NCBI GenBank assembly: GCA_036785375.1
Contig: JAWMAR010000107.1
Span: forward strand, 1,302,001 to 1,366,000
Reading direction: 5' to 3'
Length of the DNA: 64,000 bases
Source: Leucoraja ocellata
Lineage: Eukaryota
This document shows, piece by piece, positions 45,506-60,013 of the stretch. The translations under genes and the position numbers were made by a program. Each line of letters opens with the position of its first letter. The first letter of the stretch is position 1. The notes under the pieces were generated by a model. It did no database searches. It saw only the letters and a list, made by a program, of their open reading frames with translations, and was not told the DNA's origin.

Positions 45506-47749
45506 CTGTTCCGGTGCTATTTCAGAAAATAGGGGAGCGCTGTTTGGACTTCACTTACAAGTCCCACAGTTGTATGACTTTCTGCTGCCTTTACGCTCAG
45601 CAGGATTTATAACCTCACAGCTGTCACGGGGTGCAATGTTCAAGCGTTTGCTTCGATTGATGTGTTCTTTTCTAACCTTAAACTGTTATGAATTAATTTG
45701 AGGGTTGTGTGCCAATGCAATTAACCCTCCACAGCCATTTTAGATTGTTAACATGACAAGTCCTATTATGCATTGGTAAACTTGCGTAACCCTTCTGGAT
45801 TCAAGGATGCTGCAAAATGGCAACTACAGGTGCATAATATTTCAGGACTTCCTTCCGCGAGGGCCGTAGATCCAAAAATGGCTTGTTTTTGTTTTCGCTT
45901 TACATATCGATTTAATGCAGACAATTGCCTTTAATTTCTTTAGAAGGCAGTATTGATTTGTATCCTATACGTTTTTTTGGAGTGGACTTGTTATCAGTAT
46001 TTCTTGTCCTATGAATATGGTCTGTGGAACATATCACTTGATGGCCAAGGAGTTTAATTTAGACTGAAGCAGGAAACACATGCAGTGTAGCATGCATGTA
46101 AATTCTCCCGCATGGTGTGCCTGCTTGAACTCTTTCTAGGATTGCATGATATATGCCTAATGCTTTTTAAAAGAGAAACACTTGAACAAGTTTTATATTT
46201 GTTTAATAGTCCGTAACTTATTACTACTGAAGTGTTTGTGAATGAAAAGTTGTTTCTGCTGCTCTGTGTTAAACTTTGCATGAGCACATTTCTTTGACAA
46301 GGACTGGTTCATAGGAGTTATGCCGCCTTATTCAGACACTGGCAGACAACCCGCTTGCTCGTTTGCGGGTAATTCAGTGACTGTATGATTAATGATGAAC
46401 AGGAGTGTTGGTGACAGGGTAGTACTCATCACAATTATCTCTGTGATGGATGTATTTTTTACATTATGTGAGTTTGTGAATGAGTATGTATGCACATGTG
46501 TGTGTACACAAGTGTGTAAAAGTTCACTGGCAATACATAATTCTGGAATTTAATGGGCATGAAAAGCAATGATCACATTTTTGAGCTTAGCCACACAGGC
46601 CCCTGCCCTCCCTCCTCCCCCAAACACCAAGATACCACATTTCTGGGTGAGCCACAGCTATTTAAACTTCTGAGTTCTTTGTGAACCTCTGTTGAATAGA
46701 AAAGAATGGAAATATTTAACAAAACCACAAGGAGGCCTGATTCAACCTGTGCGGACTTGTGCAGTTGGAATTCCACAGCACAGGTGGTGACCACTCAGTC
46801 CATTGTATCTGTACTACCTCTTTGGCAGAACCATCCAATTGGTTCCCCTTACCTATTTTTTTTATTTTTTTTTAATGCATATTAATTTGCCATTTGAAAG
46901 TTGTTCTTTTATATACATCTTCTCCCGTTTCAGCTAACATTATTGAATCACAGTTAGTTGAAAAGGGAAAGTTCTTTCATCTAACACGTTTTTGTCAATT
47001 ATCTTAAATCTAAAAGCATTAGAATATAATTCTATGAAACTTACTACTGGATCTTCATTTTCATCGTTGTTCTTATTTTCATTATAATTTTCAACCTTCC
47101 TGAAGAGCCATTCAGATAAGGCACATGGAAATGCAGAGAATAAAGGGGTATGGACATGTGCAAGCAGATGAGATTAGTTTATCTTGAAATCATGTTCAAT
47201 GCATACTTTGTGGGCAGAAGGGCCTGTTCCTGTACTGTACCTTTTCTTTGTTCTATGTTTTCAAATTCTTCCACAAATCAATAACACTGTACCATTCGCC
47301 CACCTCATTCAAAATGTCTGTATCAGCAGACTGCCTGCCCAAGGTCAAGTCTCCGATGAGCCCACACATATGCCTGGTTAATATTAAAACGGCCAAAACC
47401 ATTGTTTCCATCCGCCAACCTTGACTATCTTCTCTAGAAGAATGTAATGCTTTATAACCCTAACATCCCATTTGACTCTGACTTGAGTTTCTGATTTTTC
47501 ACCACAAAGACCAACATTTTACATCTCCAATTTACACCTCAATGCCAACTCCACCTCAGTTCTTCCACTGAAAGCATTTGACTTGATTTTATTAAATGGC
47601 CTCCAAAATTGTAATTTTGTGCTTAATTTCACTGTTTTTGCTAAATCAACATCTGAAATTTAAAATTTCCATTCTTTTCTTTAGATTATTTTTTTCTATC
47701 TTTGTAACACCCATTGTTACCATCATACCCTAGCTATTTGATTGATGTC

Positions 47750-47930
47750 TTCTCAATGCCCATTCCACTCTTCCCTTTGTTCCATCATAAGCAACGTACC
47801 TTTTGATGATGGGTCTTCGACCCAAAACGTTAACATTATGCTTATTCGCATGGGTGGTTCTGACCTACTCAGTATTTCCAGCATTTTCTGTTTTCACTTT
47901 GGACTTTCAGCATCTGCAGTTTGTGTTTAT
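47750..47930 (+). mobile_element. Older Penelope terminal repeat
   Basis: tgatga-tgggtcttcgaccc-aaaacgttaac...tatttccagcattttctg...cagcatctgcagt. Confidence 0.65.
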
Positions 47931-50699
47931 ATTTAACAGTTGAGGCCCTTGCATCTGAAATTGTCTTCCCAATCCTAAGCATCAGTTTTTCTCTTACACT
48001 TCCCTAAAGCCATTTTGTATGTTAATGAAAGGGCAAACATGGTTCAGAGACACAAGCTGGACCAGAGAGAACAAGTCTTTGGTCGTTAACGTAATCCAAC
48101 TCGCAGAGTGGTCAATTTGTTTTGCAACAAGAATAACAAATCCTTATTTCAATCTTGATTAATCTGCCCACAAAGCGTGATTGCATTGTGCGTTAACATA
48201 TATCGTTGACCTGCATCACTATATTTAATGATGTTGCTGCTCTCTTTGGAAGGTGTTGTACTTCTATAGAATTTATATATATGAAGGAAAATAAGAAACT
48301 GAATAGGGATGAATATCGGTCTTAATGGCAGTCGTTTAATTCCACCTATGTTCAAAACCCTTTCCCCATGAATGAATTGTAAATGCTATTTGCTCATACT
48401 GGCATGTAAAATTAATTCCCTTTTTTGGGTCTCCTGCACAGTCTGACAAAAGAGCTTGCTCTGTTCTCACAAAATGCAATGCAAAGCATATGCCTGAAAC
48501 TATTTGAGTTGTTTAGCCCTTTTCTAGATTTGTATCGTATTCAAAGGAAATCTCTTGTTCCTTGTGCTCTTTACCATCATCAGATTACTTGATTATGAAC
48601 TGTCGACAAGGCCAAGATCTTAAACCATTATCAGGTTATCCATACTTAGTAGCAATTGGGCCCATAGTAGTGGTAACGATTAATTAGTTATACACCCAGT
48701 GATACTGAAATTTACAGGAGAGACAGAGACTTGGTCTTCCATAGGGCAGAAATTGGGAGGAGGTGGGGAAAAAGGGCAGGTTGGGGCTGTTTAACAGTAG
48801 CTTTGAATCATGAAATAAGAGAGTGGTTGTTGCAACCTAGAGATTGCACAATATGCTCTTGTTTGTATATTAAAGTTGAATATGGGCAGCAAAACCTGCA
48901 TTTATTTGCAAAAAATATTCCTGAAATCTGATAAAGAATGTCATGTACAGTGTGCAAGGCTCTACAGTACATTGTTAATTCAGCACTCTTATGTGTATAT
49001 AGTTGAATCAAAAGTTTCCTAAGATCGTAGATACAGATTTTGTGGAGAAATGCCAGGATATTAATTGTTAGCAGTTTCTATATTTCAATGGGAAAGCTAG
49101 CAGTTGCTCTCAGTTGCTATCAGTAGCAGCAAGTTGCATTCTGATGATCGTGTCAGGTGCAGTGTAGAAGCACAGACTTGCTCTAAATACCTTATACTTA
49201 CACGCACAAAACAATCCTGCACTGGGTGTGAAGAGTGGTCACTGGTGTTTAAATGGAAGGGAGAGCATGAGATCTGTTTTTAGCAAGGTTCTAGGTTTAG
49301 GTTTATTCTTTTTTAATCTTTCTAAGTGATGAGTTGGTGATTTTGATTATTTAAAATGTTAGGGAGTCTTTTCAAGTGTTTTACAGTATGTACACCTTTT
49401 ATTAAGGTGCTTTTAGCTTTTATTGTGATTATTTTTATGTTTTCAAATTTAGAACGTTTCCAAGACCTTTCGATAGATTTGGCAGGGCTTGAACAAGGGT
49501 TTTGATTTTGCTGGTTGTCTGAGGGCCTTTTGCACACAAAGTCAGTTTTGACCGCCTGTAGTAATCCCACTACAATGCAAAAGCTCATTCTGCAGAACAA
49601 GATCTTGCCACAGAGGATTCCACCTAGCAATCTCTGGGAGATCCTGCTGGATCAGCAGAGCTTGACTTTGATTTTTTTTTTACAGCTGTCACTGAGAGCA
49701 GTAACCGTAAATAGGTTAATAGTGGTGCAAAGGAATGTCCCAGCTATTAGATACTAAGTTGAATAGAGTAAAGACTGAAATATGCTTGGAGCAAATGGTC
49801 TCTTTCTTTGCCTGAAGGAAGAGCTTCTGAAGAAAAGCATAATTTTTAATCTTGTGTGAACAAGTGCTGAACCTCCTCTAGCCATCCCTTAAATAGATAG
49901 CACAACATAGTGCGGAACCCAGCACTCTAACACCAGTCGCAATGCTGTTGGACAGTGTAATAACTGAGAATACAAAATGTGACACCATTCACCACCCTTC
50001 TTCAGTATTTCACCCCAAAAATCATCTTCCTGCATTGGTTCATTCGAGATCATAGGCTTCTGCATCTCCAAGACACATCTCATTGCACTAGATTAACTAA
50101 ACTGCTGTAGAGGGCAGTTTACGCAAGGTGGGAAACAATTTAAGAAATTAAAGCCAAGGCAAGCTTGACATCCACAAGTTGCCCTTCCAAAGGAAAATAT
50201 AAAGGTGGCACGAGCAGTGTGCCAGGTAAACAGTAGAATCTGATATCTCAAGCATCTCTGTTATTAAGACTTCTAGTATCACTAAATCCAGCAGTGGTTT
50301 TGTCTAGTATATTTCTTTCCAGGATTTTCCTGGATTTTATCCCATGGCCCCAGTGGTAGTTATGCATAGAAAATGTATTCAGAGTATCTGCATACTCCAG
50401 CAACAAAAAAAATGTTGTAATATTATTCTGTGAGCATTTCCAGAATCTGATTGAACAGCAGTTGCAGTTCCTACTCAGATTGTATAAAGATGAGTGTACT
50501 TGAATAGCAAGCAATGCTCAAAGGATAAAAACATCACATGGCCCATTGGAATGGAACGGAATTGATTGGGTCAAGGAGGGACTAAGAATGGGAGAGATTA
50601 ATCAAAGGGATATTTTCAGAAAGTGTAATCCAGGCCAAAATTAATGTTCACAGACACTAGTGCTGATGATGGATACATGATAAACAACTGAACTTTGGC

Positions 50700-51450
50700 G
50701 AAAACACCAATAGAGTTAATGAATTGATGATTTTGTGGCTGCATATATTTTTCAGAAGGCATTTCATAAAGTTTCTTATAATGGATTTGTTAACTAAAAG
50801 GACAGTGGTAATGTTGATACAAAATTATCTTAAGGCAGAAAGTAGAGAGCAGTTCTTCATCAATAACGGTGTAACCCTTGAGCTTATATTGAATCCATTG
50901 TTTAAAAAAAAATGTATTTAGGTGTTCAGGGCATAATTTCAAAGTTTTCAGATGATACCAAACTGGAAAATACTGTAAATAGCTGCAGGCCAGACTATTA
51001 ACCAGACAGAAGTAATTGGACAGAACCAGACTTGAGGACAAATTCTGGCAGAATGATTAGATATGTCGATGACTGTTAATGTTGAGAATTTTGGTGAGGA
51101 GAGATGATATAATAGAAATTGCATTTTAAAGTGATTGTTGGAACAGGGTTGACAGGTTCACACAAGTGCATCTTTAAGGTTGGCAATTGTTCCGCAGGTG
51201 AACCAAAAAAATGGGATAATTAGCGTCATAAACAGAGGGATAATGTACAAAGCAAGAAAATGATGGCAAATATAAACCCTTGCATGAGAGGCAGCTAAAT
51301 ATTATATTTGATGCTGGAACCTGTAAAAGAAATTACTTAAATAGTAACAAAAAAGTGATTTACTAGAAATATTCAAATATAATCGAAAATGTTGTGGAAA
51401 ATAGGGTTTTGGTAGAACTGATAAGGAGAAATGTTTCCACTAGCAAGGGG
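50700..51450 (+). mobile_element. Highly decayed CR1 RT fragment
   Basis: ttcaaagttttcagatgataccaaactgg (SKFSDDTKL). Confidence 0.6.
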
Positions 51451-51639
51451 CAGTGGACTTGATTGAATCTTGAGACTAGTCAGACTCGATTCTGTTTCCA
51501 GTGGGGATGGGGTTCTGTGGAAAGAGTGGGATTAATCGGCTATCCCTTCCTAAGAGAGTGAACAAACAAGCTTAGACAAACAACCTTCCTCTACTGTTGT
51601 AAAGTTGGGCAAAGTTGCACTCTGTTCTGTTTCTCATTT

Positions 51640-51899
51640 TCACCCTACAAACAGCTTACGATGGCCTGTTTCCTTTATCATCATTTTTTTTTGCATATCT
51701 TTCATTCATTGTTTTTTATCTCTCCACATCACCGTCTATATCTCTCGTTTCCCTTATCTCTAACCAGTCTGAAGAAGTGTCTTGACCCAAAGCGTCACCC
51801 ATTCCTTCTCTCCAGAGATGCTGCCTGTCCCACTGAGTTACTCCAGCTTTTTGTGTCTATTTTCCGTTTAAACCAGCATCTGCAGTTCCTTCTTACACA
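51640..51899 (+). mobile_element. Penelope terminal repeat with degenerate hammerhead core
   Basis: cagt-CTGAAGA-agtgtcttgaccc-aaagcgtcaccc...gatgctgcctg...cagcatctgcagttccttcttacaca. Confidence 0.8.
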
Positions 51900-54800
51900 A
51901 ACCATCTGGCTAAATGGTTCTGGAGGAAATACAAGTACTGACCACATCACCCCAAATCTTCAAAGTGCTGCCATGGGCTTTGACATTCACCTGAGAAGGA
52001 AGATGAAGCTAACATTTAGCGTCTCATCTGAAAGACTGCTTCTTTAATGGATCACTATTCCTTTTATCTCAGTTGACACTGTCTGTGCAGAATATGTGCT
52101 TACTGTATATCTCTGGACTTGAAACCACAACTTTCTGTTTCAGATGCAAGCGCCACTCAGAGCTCACTATACTATTGACTTCCATTGTGCCTGTGCAAGC
52201 TTGCTTTAAATATTTGGCGTAAAGGACAAAATGTTATACCTTTCCAGCTAATGTAAAGAATCTCAGATAATAGTGTTGCGCAGATTGTTTACACCTGACC
52301 TTCTTATGGTTGAATCACACAATACCCTGTTGTTAGTCAGGTGGTCTTTCCAAAAACAAGTTGCCAAAAAGGATGAACCATTAAAACGTTTTGTGGAACC
52401 AGGAATGACTATTATTAGATATTGTGATCATTAGAACCTGTTTGATGAGCTTTCCTTGCATTGGCCCAATGTAACAACATTTAAAAGGTGTGACTCAGGG
52501 AATTATTGGGAAGATAAAGTGCAGCTTAATTACAAGAGGATCACCATCATAATTATTCCTGAATATACACCATTTCAACGCCCAATTCTCCAGCAACCTG
52601 GAACAAATGCTGCATTCCCAGAGACTAGTATTTTTTTCAAAGACAACATAGGTCATCTGACTGAAGCAGGGTCAAGCAGCTATGGTACTAAGTGGATGTA
52701 TATGCTGAATTGTTGAATGTGTGAATGTGTTATTGTTGAATGTGTGAATGAGACAAATGGAGAAAAAGGACCTAAAGCCTTTGAATCCTGATCTACCTGT
52801 TACAAAATTTTGTTGAAAGATGTTAAAGGTGTTTTTTGAAAGTTGTTTGTGAGATAGCAACACATTCATAACTAAATTCTGAGGGAAAACAGGACATTTC
52901 TGCATCTCGTCAAGAGTAAAGAGTGCTTAATTGTTAAATGTCCCAAAACGGAACAATGACATTCTTCCTTACAGCAGCATACAGCTTTATTTGGGTCGGA
53001 AGCAGATAACTGCACTGAGTTTTCATATTGTACAGCATTTTATGAAGCAGTACCTAAAAGGTTCTCCGTCAAATTTGCACTTATCTACACCAATATTTAA
53101 TTTTTAAAAACTATTCTATGCAGCCACTTTGAAGAATGAAGCCTTATTACTAAAACAGTTTTTACATGATTCCCAAGGGACAGAAGTAGCATTTGTTTGC
53201 TTCCTCTGGTTGTAAAATGAGAATCAACAATATCATGATCTTTTATGTCCTTGTACACTAATTAGAAGTCAGCCTTCCCAAACCACTACCCCAAGTCCCT
53301 GCTACAAAGGTTGGTCAGTGCGTGGGAACTGGGAACACAAAACAAAACCCAGCTCAGAACACTGCACAGTATCAGAAATGACAGAGAAGACCGTGCCATG
53401 AGGAATTTAAAAAGTTCTGGATACAAACTCCTGTTTGTAGTTATTCAGCAAAGCAGTGATGATTTCTTTGTTATCACCATTGGCTAACCATCTCTTGAGT
53501 TTACCTGAAATGGGATATGATTGACACAGCTGCTTTTTCAGGGTGTGTTTACAAGCAAAATGTGCATGTAAAGTTTTGCTTATGATCTTCAATGGGCTAT
53601 GTTGCACTAATACAACTTACCACTGTAATAAGTACACTAATCTGTATATGTACCTCGAGTATTTTCCTCCTGCTTGGGATGTATTTTATATGGTTTGGAT
53701 TGTCCATTCTCCTTAGAGCAACCTCCTTTAATATTTGTAAATGTATTCAATTGTGTTGATATTTGTGGTAGTGGAGCATAAAATACTGTGACTTAGTTAT
53801 TTTATGACAAACTATTTTCTAGTTCTATTTATGGTTGTCCTTAAATGAAATTTATAAGCTATATTGGTGTTACTAAATCATTACTTACTTCTGCAGCAAC
53901 AGCAGCGCTACACTTCCAAGCCTCACCTTCTCAGGAGGCTGTTTTATACATTCCTGAACAATCTTCTTATTCTGACAGTGCTTATTAAGGTATGAAATAG
54001 TGAATTTAGAATTTTCAGAAGCAGTTGCACAATTCTAACATCAGATTAAGGAGAAAGATTATCAAATCGAGGTAAAACATGGTAACAAGTGTGTACAATA
54101 TTATTATATTAATATATAAAACGATAACTTGTAAACCAAACCTTCTTTGACCAGCCTGTGGCTTCAGTTGCTGGCCTTAGAAATGTTTTTGTTTATTACC
54201 TACTAGGAAATTTAAGCAAGTGTTATTCCACAACAACTGTGTGCACCATTTTACTTTGCTTTGATTCTTCTCCACTATGGCTCAGCCAACCCACATCAAC
54301 TTTCGAATCTGGCAATAACCCTTTGGCGAGAAAGGGCACTTTCTGTATCTGGATTGTCTGTGAATTAATCAGCAACTTTCTGTACAGGCTGTTGAAATGG
54401 TGATGGGTTTCCGCATGAATCAGACGCTCGTATAACCAAGATGAATCTTCTGCGTGAATTATTACTATCTATATCCTGATTGCATTGTTTAGCTTCTTGC
54501 TGTTCTTTGATATTTTTCTTATTTCCCGTAAAAATAACATTATCAATGCCCTATATTGAACGGTTTCTTTGATGCGGAATTTGTGGACTAATTTTGCTTT
54601 GGAAATGAGTAAAGCTCTAAACTGCCCAATACCCTTCCAGTGTCATTTAAAAGCCAATCCATAGGCAATGATTTGTCTTTATGTACTCTGATAAAATATA
54701 AGGCAAAAGTGAAACGTCTTTGTTTACATACTGTTTACAACAGCACAGTTTTATTTTTAATAAACAAAATTTGGAGTATTTATTGCATACTTTTTGGGGA

Positions 54801-56659
54801 ACTAAAGATGTTTTATGTACTTCACCCTTTGAATATAATGTTACATTTACATATAGATATTTGGGTGATTTATTTATGTAGTTGGTAATTTTATGACTAC
54901 TAGTATGGATTTTGTTTTCTGTGCCTTTTATGTTTAAATGCATGGTTGAATATTTATTATTTAGGAAGTTACTCAGATGTGTATTTTTGTATATTGCTGG
55001 AATTGGTGGTTCATTTTTGTTGTACATTATGAGCTGCCTTGGGGAAAGGCAGTCTGTTAAGATCTTCCGAACATACTAAAATACTCAATAAATCCAAATG
55101 CATTCACTGCTCAATTGGTATTAATTTATATTTATTATATGCATTCTCTGACTCAACAGTCTGCAACCTCTGGGTCGCTAAGTATATTCAGGACTGAGGT
55201 AGATTTTTAAGCCACACAGGAATCAAGAGTTATGGAGATCAAGTGCAAAAATCGTTGAGCCCAAAGATCAGCAAAGATCTTGTTGAATGGCAGAACAGGT
55301 TTAAGATGCCCTACAGCCTTTTCCTATTTATCCTCCAGGGAATCTTCCTGCTTGCCTTGATCATCAATTTACCTTTCAATATTTTACATCTAAATTTACA
55401 CAGCGTGTTTTGACACCACAGTTTCTGCCACTGAGATAAAGTTGGATGCTACTTAAGACATTTACCCATTGTAACCTATTCCACAGCCAACCATGGCCTA
55501 TTGTGTGCCCCATATTTTCTTGATTATCATTGCTATTTGCATAACTGCCATTCATGTCTCCTAAGTACCGTCTATATTGCTCGTTCCCCTTTCTTTTCCT
55601 TTCCCCTTGATGCCCATAGTTTTCAGTTTTATTAGGGCTGCTTGAAACACTATAAGGCAGAAATAAATAAAGGCAGCTGTGGTTTTTAGGGGTGAACCAT
55701 CAGGCCCAAGATACTACTGCAGAAGGTCTTTAGGGCAGTATCCCTGGCTCAGCCACCTTGAGGTACTTCATCAATGACCTTCCTTCCATCTCAAGATCAG
55801 TTGTGGGAATGCTCAATAATAATTGCACGGTTCAATTCATTCCCAGCATAGCCAATGAAATAATTCATGCCTGCATGCACGAGGTCGAGAACAGTCAGGT
55901 TTAGCAGGTAATGATCATGTCCAACAACACAACATCTACCCACCTTTTCTTGGCATTCATGTGTCATACCATTTCTGAGACTCCACCATCAAAACCATTG
56001 GGCTCACTAGTGACCAACGATGAAACATTTGAGAGGCTGGAGTTGTATCTGAAAAGAGAGGTCCAGATTGAAACATACAAGATCATTTTGGGGTCAATGT
56101 GAAAAGAATAATTACACTTTTGAGAGAATCTTAAAAAAAGAGGTTGCCTGTTTCAGGCAAAAGTTTTTTTCTTTCATGGTCATGAATTTGTGGGTTGGTA
56201 TTTCAGAGTACAGTTCCAGAGCCAAACCAAGAAAAGATAAAAGGAAATATATAGTTTATCCCTGCTGTCCTTGTATACATGACCCATTTACAGCCAATTT
56301 CCTCTGCATGCTTGACGCATTGTCATCCTGTATATCCCTTTTGGTATCTCCATCAGTAGAACAACCAAGTCGGACTCTTTGTGCTAGCTGCTCTTATCTT
56401 GGCTCTTGATACCTTCTTTCTTGCCTAGGTTATTTACTTTATCCACTATTTTAAATGTCTGTTTGAGCAGTGCATGGTTTCATATCCCTTTGTTCTACCA
56501 GGTCCCTGTTTCTCCACTAATACCATCCCGCCCCCTTTCCCCACCATACAAGCACTCCTACACACAAGGTAATAATAGACCTGGCCACACAATAGATGTC
56601 AGCATCTGTACCGTGACATCATTTCTGGTGATGCCACATCTGGAAACTATTCAGGAGAG

Positions 56660-57045
56660 AATCTGATAATCTACAGCACCATTAATGGCTTTAAAATGTC
56701 CAAGGGGACTTTACAGCCAAATGAAATCATTTTGACACATAGTTCTTACTGTGATGCAGTGAAATATAGCAGTCATTTTGTTCTCCCATACAAGAATGTA
56801 TTAAATTCTATCTGAAGCTAGTTGAAGCAGAAATATTTGCCCAAAGATCAGGAGCAGTTCATTGCTGTTCTTGCAATGTAGGATCTTTTGCAACACCAGA
56901 GTAGACAGACAAAACCTCAAGTTAAGATTTAGGAGAGATCACTGGCAATGCAGATCTACACTGGAGTGTCAGACTAGGTGTGTCCAAGACTCTGGATCGG
57001 AGTCTGTTTCAGCGGTGGAATAGTTCCCCACCGAGAGCACAGCTG
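56660..57045 (-). mobile_element. Degenerate Deu-domain SINE
   Basis: gtccaaggggactttacagccaaatgaa...tactgtgatgcagtgaaat matches the reverse SINE tail. Confidence 0.55.
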
Positions 57046-57789
57046 ATTTCCAGCCTTATTCTCACCTCTTCCTATTCATTTTCTCTGAACTGCAATCCTA
57101 AGTTTAAAGAACAGATCTTCTGATCTCACAATTCAGGTCCATGTTAATGCCACAACATCACTTCTCATGACACAATGCAATTGAAAAGATGGGCCCAGAA
57201 CATACATGGAAGAGTATATTTCAGTTCCTTTATATTTCTTCAGAAAAAGATGAAATAATCTTATTAATTAACTTTTTAAAATGATATTCCTGTTTCTAGA
57301 GATCCCATAGAAACCTGAAATGTCAATTTGGAATGTAACTTTCCTTTATAAAATCTTTTGTAAAACTACCTCGATAAAGGTTTTGAGGATGTCTTTTTTC
57401 TGCTATTACTGTAAATTATTTTGGCTGCTTGTATGTCATATTTCCACACGGCATAGATGGCTGTCCAACTTATCAAGTCTATGTCAGCTCTCAGCCAACA
57501 CCATCAGTCCCACAGCACCAATTATTTCCCTGTAGCCTATTCTCTCTCACATGTGCACAGATTCTTTCACCAGGCACCTACATCAGGGATAATTTACAGC
57601 AGCCAATTAACAACCAGCATGCCTTTCGCATGTGAGAGGAGACCAGAGCCCACCTTGACAGGGCAAACATGCAAACAACACAAATTCAGAGGATGGTTGG
57701 AGCTATAGAACAGCTGCACTACACACTCTACCGATCAGTTTAGTTTATTGTTGTCACATTGTCTGGTCCACTACAAACATGTAGATGGA

Positions 57790-59310
57790 GTTGGAGCCGA
57801 GTTTAGTTTAGTTAACAATTATGTGTACAGCAAAAAGCTTTAGCTTGCGTGCTATCCAGTCAATGAAAAAACTATGCATGATTACAATCAAGCCATCCAG
57901 TATGCACAGATAAAAGCTACAACAATTAGTGCGAGATAAACTCGGATTAAAGATAGTTCAAACGTCTCCAATGACGTAGATAGTTCAAACGTCTCCAATG
58001 ACGCAGGACTGCACTCTAGCCGATGAGAGGACTGTTCAGTTGCCTGATAACAGCTGGGAAGAAACAGTCCCTGGATCTGGAGGCATGTATTTTCAAACTT
58101 CTGTTCCACTAGCCTGATGGGAAAGGAGAGAAGAGGGAGCAACTGGGGTGAGACTGGTCCTTGATTATGCTGGTGGCCTTGCCATGGCAGCGAGAAGTGT
58201 AGAAGGTGTCAATGGAAGGGAGATTGGTTTCCGAGATATTCTGGTCTACATTCACAACTCTGCAATTTCTTGTAGTCTTGGTTGGTGCTGTTCTCAAATC
58301 AGGCTGTGATGCATCCTTATAAAATCTACAAAGCAACTGTAGACATTGGTGAGGGTTGTTGGAGACATGCCAAACTTCTGAAGCCTTCAATGGATGTAGA
58401 AGCGTTGGTATGCTTTCTTTGCCATAGCTTCAATGTGGCTGGTCCAAGATACATTTTTGGTGATACCACTACGGTGCCATCAATGCCATGTTCAAGTTGC
58501 ATTTATTGTCACATCCACCAATTGATACAGTGAGATTTGAGTTACCATACAGCCATACAATAAAAAGAACACAACACACAATAGAGTTTAACATAAACAT
58601 CCCCACACAGCAGAATCAACGTTCCCACTGTGAGGGAAGGCAATAAAGTTCAGTCATCTTCCTCATTGCTCACCTGTGGTCGGGGCCTATGAGCCTTCCG
58701 TAGTCACTGCTACGGATGGCCCGATGTTTCAGGCCATCTCGCCGGGATGATGGAACTCTGACATTAGAATGGAAGAACATTCTCAGCGGCTTGGAGTTTC
58801 CGAGCCGGCCGCTTCCTACAGGAGACCGCGACTCCTGAAGTCCACAGGCCGAGCTGGACGGATATGCATAGCGGGCTGTGTGTACCGCTTCACTTCCTGA
58901 AGTCGATCCCAATCTCTTTTGTCTTGCTGACATTGAGGAAGAGGTTGTTGTCTTGGTACCAGGTTACAATGTTCCCAATCTCCTTTCTGCACTCTGTCTT
59001 TCATTATTTGATATCCAGCTCACTACATGGTGTTGTCTGCAAACTTGTAAATTGAGTTGGGTTGGTATTTGGCTGCACTGTCATGAGTGTTTAAGGAGTA
59101 AAGTTGGGGGCTGAGAACACATCCTTATGGGGCATCAGTGTTGAGATTTATCGCAGAGGATGTTTTGTTACCGATCCTCACTGATTGTGGTCTGTTGGTC
59201 AGGAAGTTTAGGATCTAGTTGCAGAGGGAAGCGATGACTCCAAGCTCCATGTTTGGAAATGAGCTTGGTTGGGATAATGATATTGAGAGCAGAGCTATAG
59301 TTGATAGTTG
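57790..59310 (-). mobile_element. Rex1/Babar-like LINE 3' fragment with a nested ~380-bp insertion (about 58480-58860)
   Basis: Minus-strand RVVNVDQNISETNLPSIDTFYTSRCHGKATSIIKDQSHP...LFSPFPSG; RT remnants at 58900-59300. Confidence 0.75.
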
Positions 59311-59894
59311 ATTACCCTAACCTTTCCTTCACTACAATTGCCACCCTGAAGTCAAAAACAGTGTATCCATTTTGAAATAATGGGCATTGATTGAGCACAC
59401 CCAACAGCTAGAAAAAGGTTTTCAATCAATTGGTTAAGCAGGAAAATGTAACCAGGCCAACAATCAGGAATAGTGAATCTCTGCATCAAACCATGGAAGT
59501 TTCTTCAAAGAGGTAACTGACTGACATATTAGCAGATCAACTCTTGCAACAAAAGAGAAAGCATGAGTAATAAGGCAGTCCATCAGAGCGTCACCACTGT
59601 TAGCTTCCTCTCTATATCGCACACCAGCCGTTTTGGAATATCACCATTGTTTTATCGTCACCAGTCCATAATCCTGGAACTCATTACCTAACAGCTGGTC
59701 GTGAGGCCAGCTCACCACCACCTTCAAAGACAACTAGGAAGGGCAATAAATGTTGGCTTGCAAGTGAAGCTGACATTGTGTGGATGAATGAAGAAAGCCT
59801 TTCTGTCTGAAGAGGGCAGTGTGAAGCAGTCAGACACAGCAATCTTATTCTACAGTGAATCAGGGTGCTGAAACACCACAGGCTAAGGTGTGTA

Positions 59895-59967
59895 CAATAT
59901 GTATATACAGTATGTATAGTATACTGTAGTATATATATATTATTAGTATATATATATTGGTATGTGT

Positions 59968-60010
<43 letters not shown>
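59895..60010. repeat. (TA)n microsatellite and AT-rich low complexity
   Basis: Long tatata run at 59968-60008. Confidence 0.95.

Positions 60011-60011
<1 letters not shown>

Positions 60012-60013
<2 letters not shown>

Larger units (their letters stand above)
45506..55115 (+). other. Putative long DGKH 3' UTR (end uncertain)
   Basis: No further exons seen; AU-rich, TE-poor stretch at 53600-55100 with AATAAA at 54759-54764 and 55087-55092, the latter followed by a U-rich tract; mammalian DGKH has a multi-kb 3' UTR. Confidence 0.4.
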
